This document shows positions 9,751 through 17,045 of a stretch of 64,000 nt of DNA, in pieces. This DNA is from an uncultured Lachnospiraceae bacterium (lineage in GTDB: Bacteria > Bacillota > Clostridia > Lachnospirales > Lachnospiraceae), in assembly GCA_910578335.1 (NCBI GenBank), contig CAJTPU010000005.1, positions 68,595 through 132,594 of the forward strand. Direction: 5' to 3'. Every line of letters starts with the position of its first letter. Position 1 is the stretch's first letter. The position numbers and the translations under genes are program-made. A model generated the notes under the pieces. It saw only the letters and a program-made list of their open reading frames with translations, was not told the DNA's origin and did not search any database.

Positions 9751-10692
9751 TTATCTCCCGCTGATATAGTCAGCGCAAAGATACTCGATCAGCTGCCACC
9801 TGTTCTTGCTTGTCACTGTACCTTCTTTCTCCGCTTTCTTGATTGCCTGCTGGATAACCTTGGCGGACTCTCCGGGTACTGCACTGCTGCCGAATAGCTT
9901 TGCCAGATAGGTCCATTCCTCTTCCTCGTTGAATCCGACTTCATTCATGCGCTCGTTGGCGTTCTGTACCATGGAATGAATTGCCGCCCCAACATTCCGA
10001 ATGTCCGTGAACTTCTGGTATTTGCTGAGGGTTTCCACAAAGCTCTTGCACTGCTCGTATGGCGCTACACCGATGATTTCCGATGCTGTTGTTTCCAGGC
10101 TCTTTATGAGAGTGTCCATATCCTGTACCTGGTGCGGAAGGAACGAAAACGTCACATTCTTAAAATCAAACTGGATTGCAGGCGATAGCATCTTTTCGTA
10201 CTGCTCCAGAGGTTCCTCCATGATGTCCTTTCCCACAAAACTCTCGATCATATCATCCACATCAGTAATCATCTTCACGATTTCTCTCAGCGTGCTATCA
10301 TCATCAAAGCCGGAGATTGCATTGTGGGCCAGCTGCTTTGCGGCTATCTGGCTCCGTGTCAGACCGGACACATCGACAATCACAACAATCTCTTTCAAGC
10401 CTGCTGCTCTTGCGCTCTTAATCCGGTGATGTCCCGACACAATCTCCAGCTTTCCATCTTTCAGAACTAAAAAAGGCAGGCTCTCCATCTGCCCTCTTTT
10501 TGAGATATTGGCTGTCAGCTGATCCTGCATTTCATTCTTCATTACCCTGGCATTGATGTCCTGCTCCTTCACCTTATCAATCTGGACTTTGGCAATCACC
10601 AGGCCGGAACCCATATCATAAATTACTGAACATCCTTCGATTTGGATGCTTTCGCTCTGCTCTTTTGCCACTGTTTTTCCCTCCTTAGCCAT
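9751..10692 (-). CDS. ParB N-terminal (ParB-like nuclease) domain protein
   Basis: The motif VSGHHRIKSARAAGL matches the ParB/Srx fold. The start could instead be ATG 10614, which would remove the overlap with the upstream ORF. Confidence 0.7.
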   Translation of the reverse strand: MAKEGKTVAKEQSESIQIEGCSVIYDMGSGLVIAKVQIDKVKEQDINARVMKNEMQDQLTANISKRGQMESLPFLVLKDGKLEIVSGHHRIKSARAAGLKEIVVIVDVSGLTRSQIAAKQLAHNAISGFDDDSTLREIVKMITDVDDMIESFVGKDIMEEPLEQYEKMLSPAIQFDFKNVTFSFLPHQVQDMDTLIKSLETTASEIIGVAPYEQCKSFVETLSKYQKFTDIRNVGAAIHSMVQNANERMNEVGFNEEEEWTYLAKLFGSSAVPGESAKVIQQAIKKAEKEGTVTSKNRWQLIEYLCADYISGR

Positions 10693-10991
10693 TCGCTCAA
10701 TGTCTGCTGCTCTGTCCTTCCATCCACCAGCTCAGCTTCATACGTCAGCTTGTAACCGTTCTGCTTATCCTCCGCTCTGTTCACCAGTTTCATGATGCCT
10801 CGTACCTCTTTGTTTTCTGGGTACTTGGTAAGCATTGCAGTACGCATTTTCACAACCTTCTCCTGCTCAATGTTATCCAGCAGAGTATTCACAAACGCTC
10901 TGTTCTGAGCAAGCATATAGCATAGCCGGCCTATGCGGTACTTCTCATGAGGCACCTTCATCAATTCCCACACAGCAAGGGAAAAAGTCAA
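10623..10991 (-). CDS. Hypothetical phage protein
   Basis: 122 aa ORF (TTG start). An alternative ATG at 10961 is possible. Lies just downstream of the reconstructed methyltransferase stop. Confidence 0.4.
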   Translation of the reverse strand: MTFSLAVWELMKVPHEKYRIGRLCYMLAQNRAFVNTLLDNIEQEKVVKMRTAMLTKYPENKEVRGIMKLVNRAEDKQNGYKLTYEAELVDGRTEQQTLSEWLRREKQWQKSRAKASKSKDVQ

Positions 10992-11023
10992 GGAATATCG
11001 GCACTTTCATCCACCACATTTCA

Positions 11024-11050
11024 TTGTCTGGTACAAATCTGGTACAGAAT
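11024..11050 (+). repeat. Left-end repeat cluster: TTGTCTGGTACAAATCTGGTACAGAAT (two TCTGGTAC copies)
   Basis: Matches 18617-18640 in direct orientation (12/12, then imperfect) and 18757-18767 in inverted orientation (11/11). Confidence 0.8.
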
Positions 11051-11396
11051 GGAGAAAAAAGCACCCGCCCGCCCCTGCCCCGCCAGAATGACCGTATCCG
11101 CCATTTCCCGGCACAGCCTATCATTTCCCCACTCAACCGCATAAAAAGGTTTCCTGCCCCCGTATTGGCTCCACAAGCATATTATGACTGCTGCCACTCG
11201 CATATGTGAATATCCGGCATAAAGTGAGACACCCAATCTTGCGTATGTGAGCCTGCTGCCAAAAGGGGAGATACCCCCTATTTGCGTGTGCGAACTCTCT
11301 TTTAATTGCGAAAAACAAGGCATACTGCATTTATTGACAGCACCGCGCACCGAAAATTCACCGCATTTGAAATTCTCGTATTTGTGAATTTAATTC

Positions 11397-11425
11397 TTGA
11401 CATAGCTCGCATTTGAGTTTATTAT
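11397..11425 (+). promoter_or_regulatory. Sigma-A-type promoter of the nested element's left operon, with CTCGCA in the spacer
   Basis: TTGACA (11397-11402), a 17-nt spacer tagCTCGCAtttgagtt, and TATTAT (11420-11425). Lies 50 nt upstream of the 11475 gene. Confidence 0.6.
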
Positions 11426-11474
11426 ATTCCAAAAGGCACATAATAAACCACAACAAACGAAAGGAAACAGGGAT

Positions 11475-11681
11475 ATGACAGAGAGAACGAATGTTACACA
11501 GGTCATGGAATATGGGCGACTTATGGGAATATCTGAGCTTATGCGCTATACCTCGCTCGGACGGAATACAGCTATGGACCTCGGAAAAAATGCGAGCGCC
11601 ATTGTACGCATAGGAAAGCGTGTTCTGTATGACCGCCAGAAAATCGACAGTTACATTGACAGCCAGGCACAGGACAGGTAA
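11475..11681 (+). CDS. Excisionase-family / MerR-like HTH DNA-binding protein
   Basis: 68 aa. The pattern GISELMRYTSLGRNTAMDL...RIGKRVLYDRQKID is typical of Xis-type HTH_17 proteins. Confidence 0.55.
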   Translation: MTERTNVTQVMEYGRLMGISELMRYTSLGRNTAMDLGKNASAIVRIGKRVLYDRQKIDSYIDSQAQDR

Positions 11682-11708
11682 TGTGCTTTGGCCACAAGGA
11701 GGGATAGC

Positions 11709-12002
11709 ATGGCACGGAAAGGAGGATATGGAAAAGTGGATTGTAAAATTGTCAGAGACAGCACCCTCACACCAGAGTCCAGGCTAATCTATACGATTCT
11801 TGCCACATACAGCGATAAGAACCGGGAAAGCTACCCCAGCATTGACCAGCTCATAAGAGATACGGGCATGAGCAAAGACCGGTTCTACAGGCACATGAAA
11901 CCTCTGGAAGAAAAGGGAATTGTCAAAAAGCATTATATCAAGACCGGCCCCGGCAATTTTGACAGAAAGCTCATTTATCAGCTCTGCGATTTTAAGGATT
12001 AA
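11709..12002 (+). CDS. Winged-helix DNA-binding protein (HTH_36-like; possible replication or regulatory protein)
   Basis: ATG 11709 behind AAGGAGG. The pattern LTPESRLIYTILATYSD...SYPSIDQLIRDTGMSKDRFYRHMKPLEEKGIV is typical of wHTH proteins. Confidence 0.5.
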   Translation: MARKGGYGKVDCKIVRDSTLTPESRLIYTILATYSDKNRESYPSIDQLIRDTGMSKDRFYRHMKPLEEKGIVKKHYIKTGPGNFDRKLIYQLCDFKD

Positions 12003-12110
12003 GAGCATCAGGAAAGCCACGGCATCTTGATTTCAGTATTCCCGGCTTTCCAGATTCCTCAAAATAAGGAATCCCGAAAGTTCGGAATCCCTGCCCTAAG
12101 GAAAGGAACT

Positions 12111-12177
12111 AATACCAGATTAAACAATACCAGGGTAAACATATTGCTTTGAAAAGATAAGCAATACCAGTATTAAA
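12111..12177 (+). repeat. Three 15-bp iterons AATACCAGnnnTAAAC (12111-12125, 12126-12140, 12163-12177)
   Basis: Read directly from the sequence. Two are tandem and the third is 22 bp away. They share TACCAG with the element-end motif. Confidence 0.8.
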
Positions 12178-12180
12178 CAC

Positions 12181-12218
12181 ATGAGTTTTATATTCTGAAA
12201 AACGAATATAAAACTCAT
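12181..12218. repeat. Perfect palindrome with a 15-bp stem (ATGAGTTTTATATTC / GAATATAAAACTCAT) and an 8-nt loop
   Basis: Read directly from the sequence. There is no U-tract on either strand, so it is not a typical terminator. Confidence 0.85.
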
Positions 12219-12333
12219 TCCCTCCGGTCTGACCGCCTACGTCCGAATAAGGACACCTTGATTTTTTGGAGAAAGAATCTCCTGTAATGCCACTCGGCAG
12301 CAAAGAGCATCTTGACCGGGAAGGAATGAGAGC

Positions 12334-13218
12334 ATGGAATGGGATAATGAATCAATCGTAAAACAGATACAGACCGGGCAAGGGAACCGGCAAGAACTTC
12401 TGGAAAGGCTCTGGACTGACAACCTCGGCCTGATCCGGAAAATCATACACAGGCTCACGGGCCTGCAATATGGGTACCCGCCAGACAGGGAAGATTTTGA
12501 GGATTTGGAACAACAGGCATTTATCGGCATCATGGATTCCGTACAGCACTATGACAGCACAAGGGGAGAAAAATTCTTTACGTTTGCGTATTACTACATC
12601 AAGCTCAGTGTTTACAGGTATTATGATTTCTCCGGGCAAACGCTCCGCATCCCGGCCTATATGAGAAAACGCATCCGGGATTTTATCGGGGAAAGGGACC
12701 AGCTCCGGGAAAAAGGGCTACCCGCCACGGATGAAATGATACAGGAACGGCTCGGCCTGACAGACAGAGCGCTCCGGGAAACGCTCCTGGCAATCCGGAA
12801 ATTGGAACTGCAAAGGCTTGACAGCTATCTGAATGAGAGCGACAGCGAGTCCGGCACTGTCTTGGATATGATTGCCAGCACAGAGAATACCAGCGACACA
12901 GCAACGGAAAGCGTCCATGACCGGGAACTCCATGAACTGCTACGCTCTGCCCTCCAGGAACTTCCGGAACCGGAAAGGAATGTCCTCATTGCCCGGCATT
13001 ACCAGAGACACAGCGCAAAGCATATCGCAAACGAAATGAACTGCACCGCCCAGAATGTATCAAGGCTTACAAAATCAGCGTACCAGAGAATCCGCACCGG
13101 GAAATATGGCAAGGAACTGTCAACATTCCTCCCGGAACGTGCCATCCACCGGGCAGAAAAGCGCATCCAGGACGAATTTAAGGAACTGAGCGAACAGGAA
13201 AGGGATTTATTGATATGA
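12334..13218 (+). CDS. Sigma-70-family RNA polymerase sigma factor (regions 2, 3 and 4 present)
   Basis: Region-2-like DLEQQAFIGIMDSVQHYD...FFTFAYYYIK. Region-4 HTH ELPEPERNVLIARHYQRHSAKHIANEMNCTAQNVSRLTKSAYQRIR. Confidence 0.75.
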   Translation: MEWDNESIVKQIQTGQGNRQELLERLWTDNLGLIRKIIHRLTGLQYGYPPDREDFEDLEQQAFIGIMDSVQHYDSTRGEKFFTFAYYYIKLSVYRYYDFSGQTLRIPAYMRKRIRDFIGERDQLREKGLPATDEMIQERLGLTDRALRETLLAIRKLELQRLDSYLNESDSESGTVLDMIASTENTSDTATESVHDRELHELLRSALQELPEPERNVLIARHYQRHSAKHIANEMNCTAQNVSRLTKSAYQRIRTGKYGKELSTFLPERAIHRAEKRIQDEFKELSEQERDLLI

Positions 13219-13709
13219 GCGACAGCACACCGGGAATTATAGATTTGAGCGACAAAGGGCCAGACCGCAGGGAATGGCAAGCCTTAGAGCGATATGTCCG
13301 GGAATATGCCCGCCAGACTGTAAGGGAAATCATGGCATCAGAGAGCGCCCCTTCAGCACCGCCCCAGGATACAGGAAAGGGCAATCTGAAAACGCAGCGT
13401 GAGCGTGAGAGGGAAAGGGAACTGATCCGGCAAGGACTGGAACGGTACCGCACAGAGCCACCGGACAGCAATATCCGGAAAGGGATTGACTGGCTCCTGC
13501 AAAGGCACGCCCGATGGGAAAGGTTCATGCAAAGCGATCCCCTCTTCCGGAAAAGGCATAATGCCCTGGTCCTGGAATACATCATCAGCCACCACATGAC
13601 ACGCACAGCGATAGAAAAACGGCTTGAAATCAGCGACAACGGATATAAGAATCAGCTTGAAAAGGGCATAAATGAGCTTGTACAGATACTTTTCGGCTAC
13701 CGAGAGTAA
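13215..13709 (+). CDS. Hypothetical protein with a sigma-region-4/ArpU-like C-terminal HTH (tentative)
   Basis: 164 aa, with a 4-nt overlap with the sigma gene. C-terminus MTRTAIEKRLEISDNGYKNQLEKGINELVQIL. Confidence 0.45.
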   Translation: MSDSTPGIIDLSDKGPDRREWQALERYVREYARQTVREIMASESAPSAPPQDTGKGNLKTQRERERERELIRQGLERYRTEPPDSNIRKGIDWLLQRHARWERFMQSDPLFRKRHNALVLEYIISHHMTRTAIEKRLEISDNGYKNQLEKGINELVQILFGYRE

Positions 13710-13798
13710 GCCCCAGGACACAGGAAAGCCCCTCTATGACAGCCCCAGAACATCAGAAAATACGGCATCCCGCCCTCACAGGCACAGGCTCCGGCCTG

Positions 13799-13821
13799 AT
13801 ATGTCACCCCTAAAAAAGAGC
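13799..13821 (+). repeat. 23-mer ATATGTCACCCCTAAAAAAGAGC, copy 1 (inverted partner at 20712-20734)
   Basis: 22/23 identity to the reverse complement of 20712-20734. Confidence 0.9.
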
Positions 13822-13844
13822 AAGGGTAAGGAAAGGATAAGGGA

Positions 13845-14138
13845 ATGAAACAAGAAAGCAAGCCCAGGTATTACATAGGCAAACGGCAATATGTTCCGGA
13901 AGAATCGGATTTGTTATGTGCATCATCAAGCGACACCGCCAGTTTCGGCAGCACAGCGACAAGAAAGCTCTACCGCACAGGGAAAGGCTCCTATTTCCTT
14001 GTCAGCGAGAGCCAGGGAATGGAAACAAGGGTACAGCTCATGGACGAGAAACAGGCATTTAATTTCATGGACGAACACACGGCCTGCATCGATACGGAAA
14101 CCTATGATCGGATATTCGGGGAACCGGACAAGGCATAG
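13845..14138 (+). CDS. Hypothetical protein
   Basis: 97 aa ORF with an AAGGAAAGGA RBS region. Confidence 0.5.
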   Translation: MKQESKPRYYIGKRQYVPEESDLLCASSSDTASFGSTATRKLYRTGKGSYFLVSESQGMETRVQLMDEKQAFNFMDEHTACIDTETYDRIFGEPDKA

Positions 14139-14527
14139 CACCCGCCCACGCATACCGCCTGTATAGCGTTTTCGGCGCCATACCTTAAAGAGCCATCACC
14201 CACACTGGCAATGAGAGCCATGTGCGCCTGTATCAAAGCGTATGAGCATGGTATAACATCCACTCCCGGCAGCAGGGAAAGGACAGAGTTAAAATGCCCC
14301 GTATTTTGGATTTTTGGATTTTGCCCTAAGATTCCCCACAAAGTCACATTAAAACGCTCCATGAGCCTGTATCGGCTCCACAGGCATAAAAAACCGCCCC
14401 GGCAAAACCATTTTAGGATTCACCGGAACGGATTGCCCCTTGACAGAGCGACTCATGACCTGCAGAAAAATATAAGCCCCGCCCTGGCAAATGTCAAGAG
14501 CGACAGCGAGAAAGGGGGAAAATAGAA

Positions 14528-14659
14528 ATGAGCATAGAGAGCATACTTGCGCCTGTTAATCTGGTACTGCTTATGGTATTACTGGCACTCATGATCCGAA
14601 ACGGCAGAAAAAAAGTGATTCTGCAGGACAGAAACCCGACACCAGATATTGAGACATAG
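14528..14659 (+). CDS. Small hydrophobic peptide (43 aa, MSIESILAPVNLVLLMVLLALMIRNGRKKVILQDRNPTPDIET)
   Basis: ATG 14528 behind AAAGGGGGAA. One predicted TM helix followed by a basic stretch. Below the ORF-track size cutoff. Confidence 0.45.
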   Translation: MSIESILAPVNLVLLMVLLALMIRNGRKKVILQDRNPTPDIET

Positions 14660-14824
14660 AGAAAGCCCGCCCCCGGCAATCAGCATACCGGGAACGGACC
14701 TTTAAGCGTATGGATATTGTATCAGCATCAGTTATGATCTGTCAACGGGAACCTGCACCGCCCCCCAGGACAGCACCGGGCAAAGAGCCATTGTCAGAAA
14801 TCATAGCGTGAGCATATATTTTAT

Positions 14825-14850
14825 ATCTCTAATCTCTATCTCTTATCTCT
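14825..14850 (+). repeat. ATCTCT hexamer microsatellite-like run (4 copies)
   Basis: Copies at 14825, 14832, 14838 and 14845. Confidence 0.7.
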
Positions 14851-14869
14851 GGTAAAGAAACCTACCAGA
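14848..14869. repeat. Palindromic site TCTGGTA-aagaaacc-TACCAGA (7-bp arms, 8-bp spacer)
   Basis: Read directly from the sequence. The half-site is the same as the element-end motif. Confidence 0.8.
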
Positions 14870-15370
14870 AATCTTACAGGAAACCTCACACATGGACCAG
14901 CAAGGACAGAGAACGGCATCCGGCCAGACTGCAGATTTTAAGTTTTGCCATCGGCTCCAGCAACGGTATGGATTACCAAACGGCAACAGCCAGGGAAAAG
15001 GGCATCCGGGAAATCAGCGCTCCGGAATCCTACAGCCCCGCCCTATGACCGGACAGGAAAAGCACAGCCCGCCCAGCATCCTGCTATGGAAATATCCGGC
15101 CAGACCGATACCGGACAGGAAAAAGCGTCTGACAGCCCCACAGACAGCCCAGGAACCGCCACCATCATAAATCTACACCGGGGAACAAATAACCGCCCCC
15201 TGCCACTGTAAACGAACCACAGACCAGCGACAGCAACCGGAACTATGCCCCATGCGCCAGACAGGAAAAGAAATCCCGAAAGGACAAGCGCCCCTCCGGG
15301 AAAGATAAGGTTTAGGATTGTGACCGGCCCGATTCTGCAGCAAAAGGGTAAAGGCCAACTCTGGCACAGG

Positions 15371-15832
15371 CTATTGATTCAGCAATCGGGCTTTCTGTGC
15401 GTTATATTCGTCCTCAGTTATGGCTCCGGCATCCAACAAGGATTTGAATTTCAGCAATTCATCAGCCACCGACTGCACCGGTACCGACTGTGCCACATTC
15501 TCCACCCCGCCCTGCTCCCGGACATTGGAAAAGGCAATCTTCCATTCCTCCAGCTTGGTAAAGAAAAACCGGTATTCGGCATCCTGCGTCCGGATCACCA
15601 GCACTTTGCTCATGAGCCTTTTGGTTTCCTCAATGTCCGTAATGTCAGCTATGGGAATGTCAAAGTCAAAATCGCCCTTCGTGAGATTTACGAGAGCGCC
15701 CATCACCGCAATTTTGGCAAAGGAATGTTTTGAGTAAATGAACCTCTGGTTTGTCAGCATAGCGTGACCGTTCTCTACGAAAGCCCCTTTGATACGGTTA
15801 CATACACCCTGTAATATGATTGTTTCCTGCAT
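15371..15832 (-). CDS. PH/GRAM-like domain protein with a C-terminal SHOCT domain
   Basis: 153 aa. The C-terminal ADELLKFKSLLDAGAITEDEYNAQKARLL matches the SHOCT pattern. Confidence 0.55.
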   Translation of the reverse strand: MQETIILQGVCNRIKGAFVENGHAMLTNQRFIYSKHSFAKIAVMGALVNLTKGDFDFDIPIADITDIEETKRLMSKVLVIRTQDAEYRFFFTKLEEWKIAFSNVREQGGVENVAQSVPVQSVADELLKFKSLLDAGAITEDEYNAQKARLLNQ

Positions 15833-15834
15833 TG

Positions 15835-16098
15835 TCAGCCCTCCCCCTCCGGCTCCATTTCGTCCGCATCCTGCCTTACATCATCAATGGTCAAAGGAAA
15901 CACAATACCGTCCTTTGTTTTGACCGTTACCTCGCACTCCAGGTAATCAAAAATTTTGAGTAAATCATCAATCGAATAGGAACCACGAAATATTTTGTTT
16001 CTGACAGACTGCACCGAAATACCGAGACAATCGGCTAAATCTGCGGGCTTATGCCCTGTAACACTTAATATAGATTTTAGTTTGTTGGAAAACGACAT
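15835..16098 (-). CDS. Xre-type HTH transcriptional regulator
   Basis: 87 aa with the HTH ADLADCLGISVQSVRNKIFRG. Lies 3 nt upstream of the PH/SHOCT gene. Confidence 0.6.
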   Translation of the reverse strand: MSFSNKLKSILSVTGHKPADLADCLGISVQSVRNKIFRGSYSIDDLLKIFDYLECEVTVKTKDGIVFPLTIDDVRQDADEMEPEGEG

Positions 16099-16135
16099 AA
16101 AATGTACCTCCTGTTTTGATTTGTGTTATAGTGTG

Positions 16136-16164
16136 ATTATACTCAAAATCCTATAAAATGTCAA
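16136..16164 (-). promoter_or_regulatory. Consensus sigma-A promoter for the HTH and PH/SHOCT operon
   Basis: On the - strand: TTGACA, 17 nt, TATAAT. Confidence 0.65.
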
Positions 16165-16205
16165 CTAAAAACAACAAAATTTAATCAAAAACATTATAAA
16201 AACTA

Positions 16206-16234
16206 TTGACATACCACACGTTTCATAGTATAAT
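16206..16234 (+). promoter_or_regulatory. Consensus sigma-A promoter for the integrase-side operon
   Basis: TTGACA (16206-16211), 17 nt, TATAAT (16229-16234). Followed by a leader of about 180 nt. Confidence 0.65.
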
Positions 16235-16418
16235 ATACTCATAAACAAACAACAAATACTCACAAACCTACAAAACAGCAAGCGAAGATAGACAAAAGTA
16301 CCGCAAGGGAAACTAAGAATATCACATAACACTGGGACCGGATAAGAAACTGAGAGCGAGGGCAAGAGCCTAGAGATAAACTTAATGCCACCCAGGGCTT
16401 GCAAGAAAGGAAAAGCCA

Positions 16419-16643
16419 ATGTATAGAAATATCTGCATGTTAGCCAAAACAGAGAACGGAGAATTTAAGAACGTCCGAGCGCTTGTCAATGTGACAGAGT
16501 TTGAAAAATCAAAGTACACCAGCTTTTCCACTTTCGCCAGTGACTACGCAAAGGCAAACGGTTATCTGGAATGCACGGTAACAGGATTTGGGAAATGCCT
16601 CTCCGATACGGAAATCGGAAAGAGAAAAGTATATGCAATCTAA
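16419..16643 (+). CDS. Hypothetical protein
   Basis: 74 aa ORF with a GAAAGGAAAAG RBS region. Confidence 0.45.
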   Translation: MYRNICMLAKTENGEFKNVRALVNVTEFEKSKYTSFSTFASDYAKANGYLECTVTGFGKCLSDTEIGKRKVYAI

Positions 16644-16662
16644 GAAAGTGAGGGAATCAGCC

Positions 16663-16938
16663 ATGACAGAGAGACAGATTGAGAACAGGGTTAAGAAACT
16701 GAGAGAGATTGAGAGCCAGCGCAAGGCTCTGGAAGAAAAGGAAAAGGCTCTGAAGGAAGAAATCAAAAGGGATATGGAAAGCAAGGGCCTGGAAGAAATC
16801 CGGATAAAGAATTTCATTATCCGCTGGAAAGAGATCATCAGCAACACGCTTGACAGCAAGGCACTGAGAGCGACATTCCCGGATATCTGCGAACAATTCA
16901 CAAAACAGTCCGCAAGCAAACGGTTCACGATAGCATAG
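16663..16938 (+). CDS. Hypothetical coiled-coil protein
   Basis: ATG 16663 behind GAGGGAA. The longer track ORF (16588) overlaps the previous gene. Confidence 0.45.
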   Translation: MTERQIENRVKKLREIESQRKALEEKEKALKEEIKRDMESKGLEEIRIKNFIIRWKEIISNTLDSKALRATFPDICEQFTKQSASKRFTIA

Positions 16939-17045
16939 GCAAACGGCTCCGCCCGAAAGGGCGGGCCAGCACCCGGCACCGGGGGATTTGCCAGAGCGTG
17001 AGTCCTCCGCAGCGAAAGTATAGCGAGCAAAAGGAGGATTTCAGC

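Larger units (their letters stand above)
14141..15200 (+). repeat. Dispersed same-strand C-rich motif array (CCGCCC core, at least 9 copies) interleaved with (C)CGGACAGGAAAAG-type motifs
   Basis: CCGCCC cores near 14141, 14394, 14477, 14666, 14758, 15036, 15068 and 15193, with a variant at 15289. ACAGGAAAAG copies near 15050, 15111 and 15257. Confidence 0.8.

Noticed and set aside
10945-11350. Four ORFs of 65-124 aa (on both strands) spanning the left junction of the nested element.
   Set aside because: They overlap each other, lack an RBS and cross the junction repeats. Their products look like random sequence.
14211-15211. + strand ORFs of 104, 92 and 88 aa in the nested element's central tract.
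   Set aside because: They have no Shine-Dalgarno sequence and overlap each other in different frames. Their Pro/Arg/Gln/Gly-rich products simply mirror the CCGCCC and GGA motifs. The tract is treated as non-coding.
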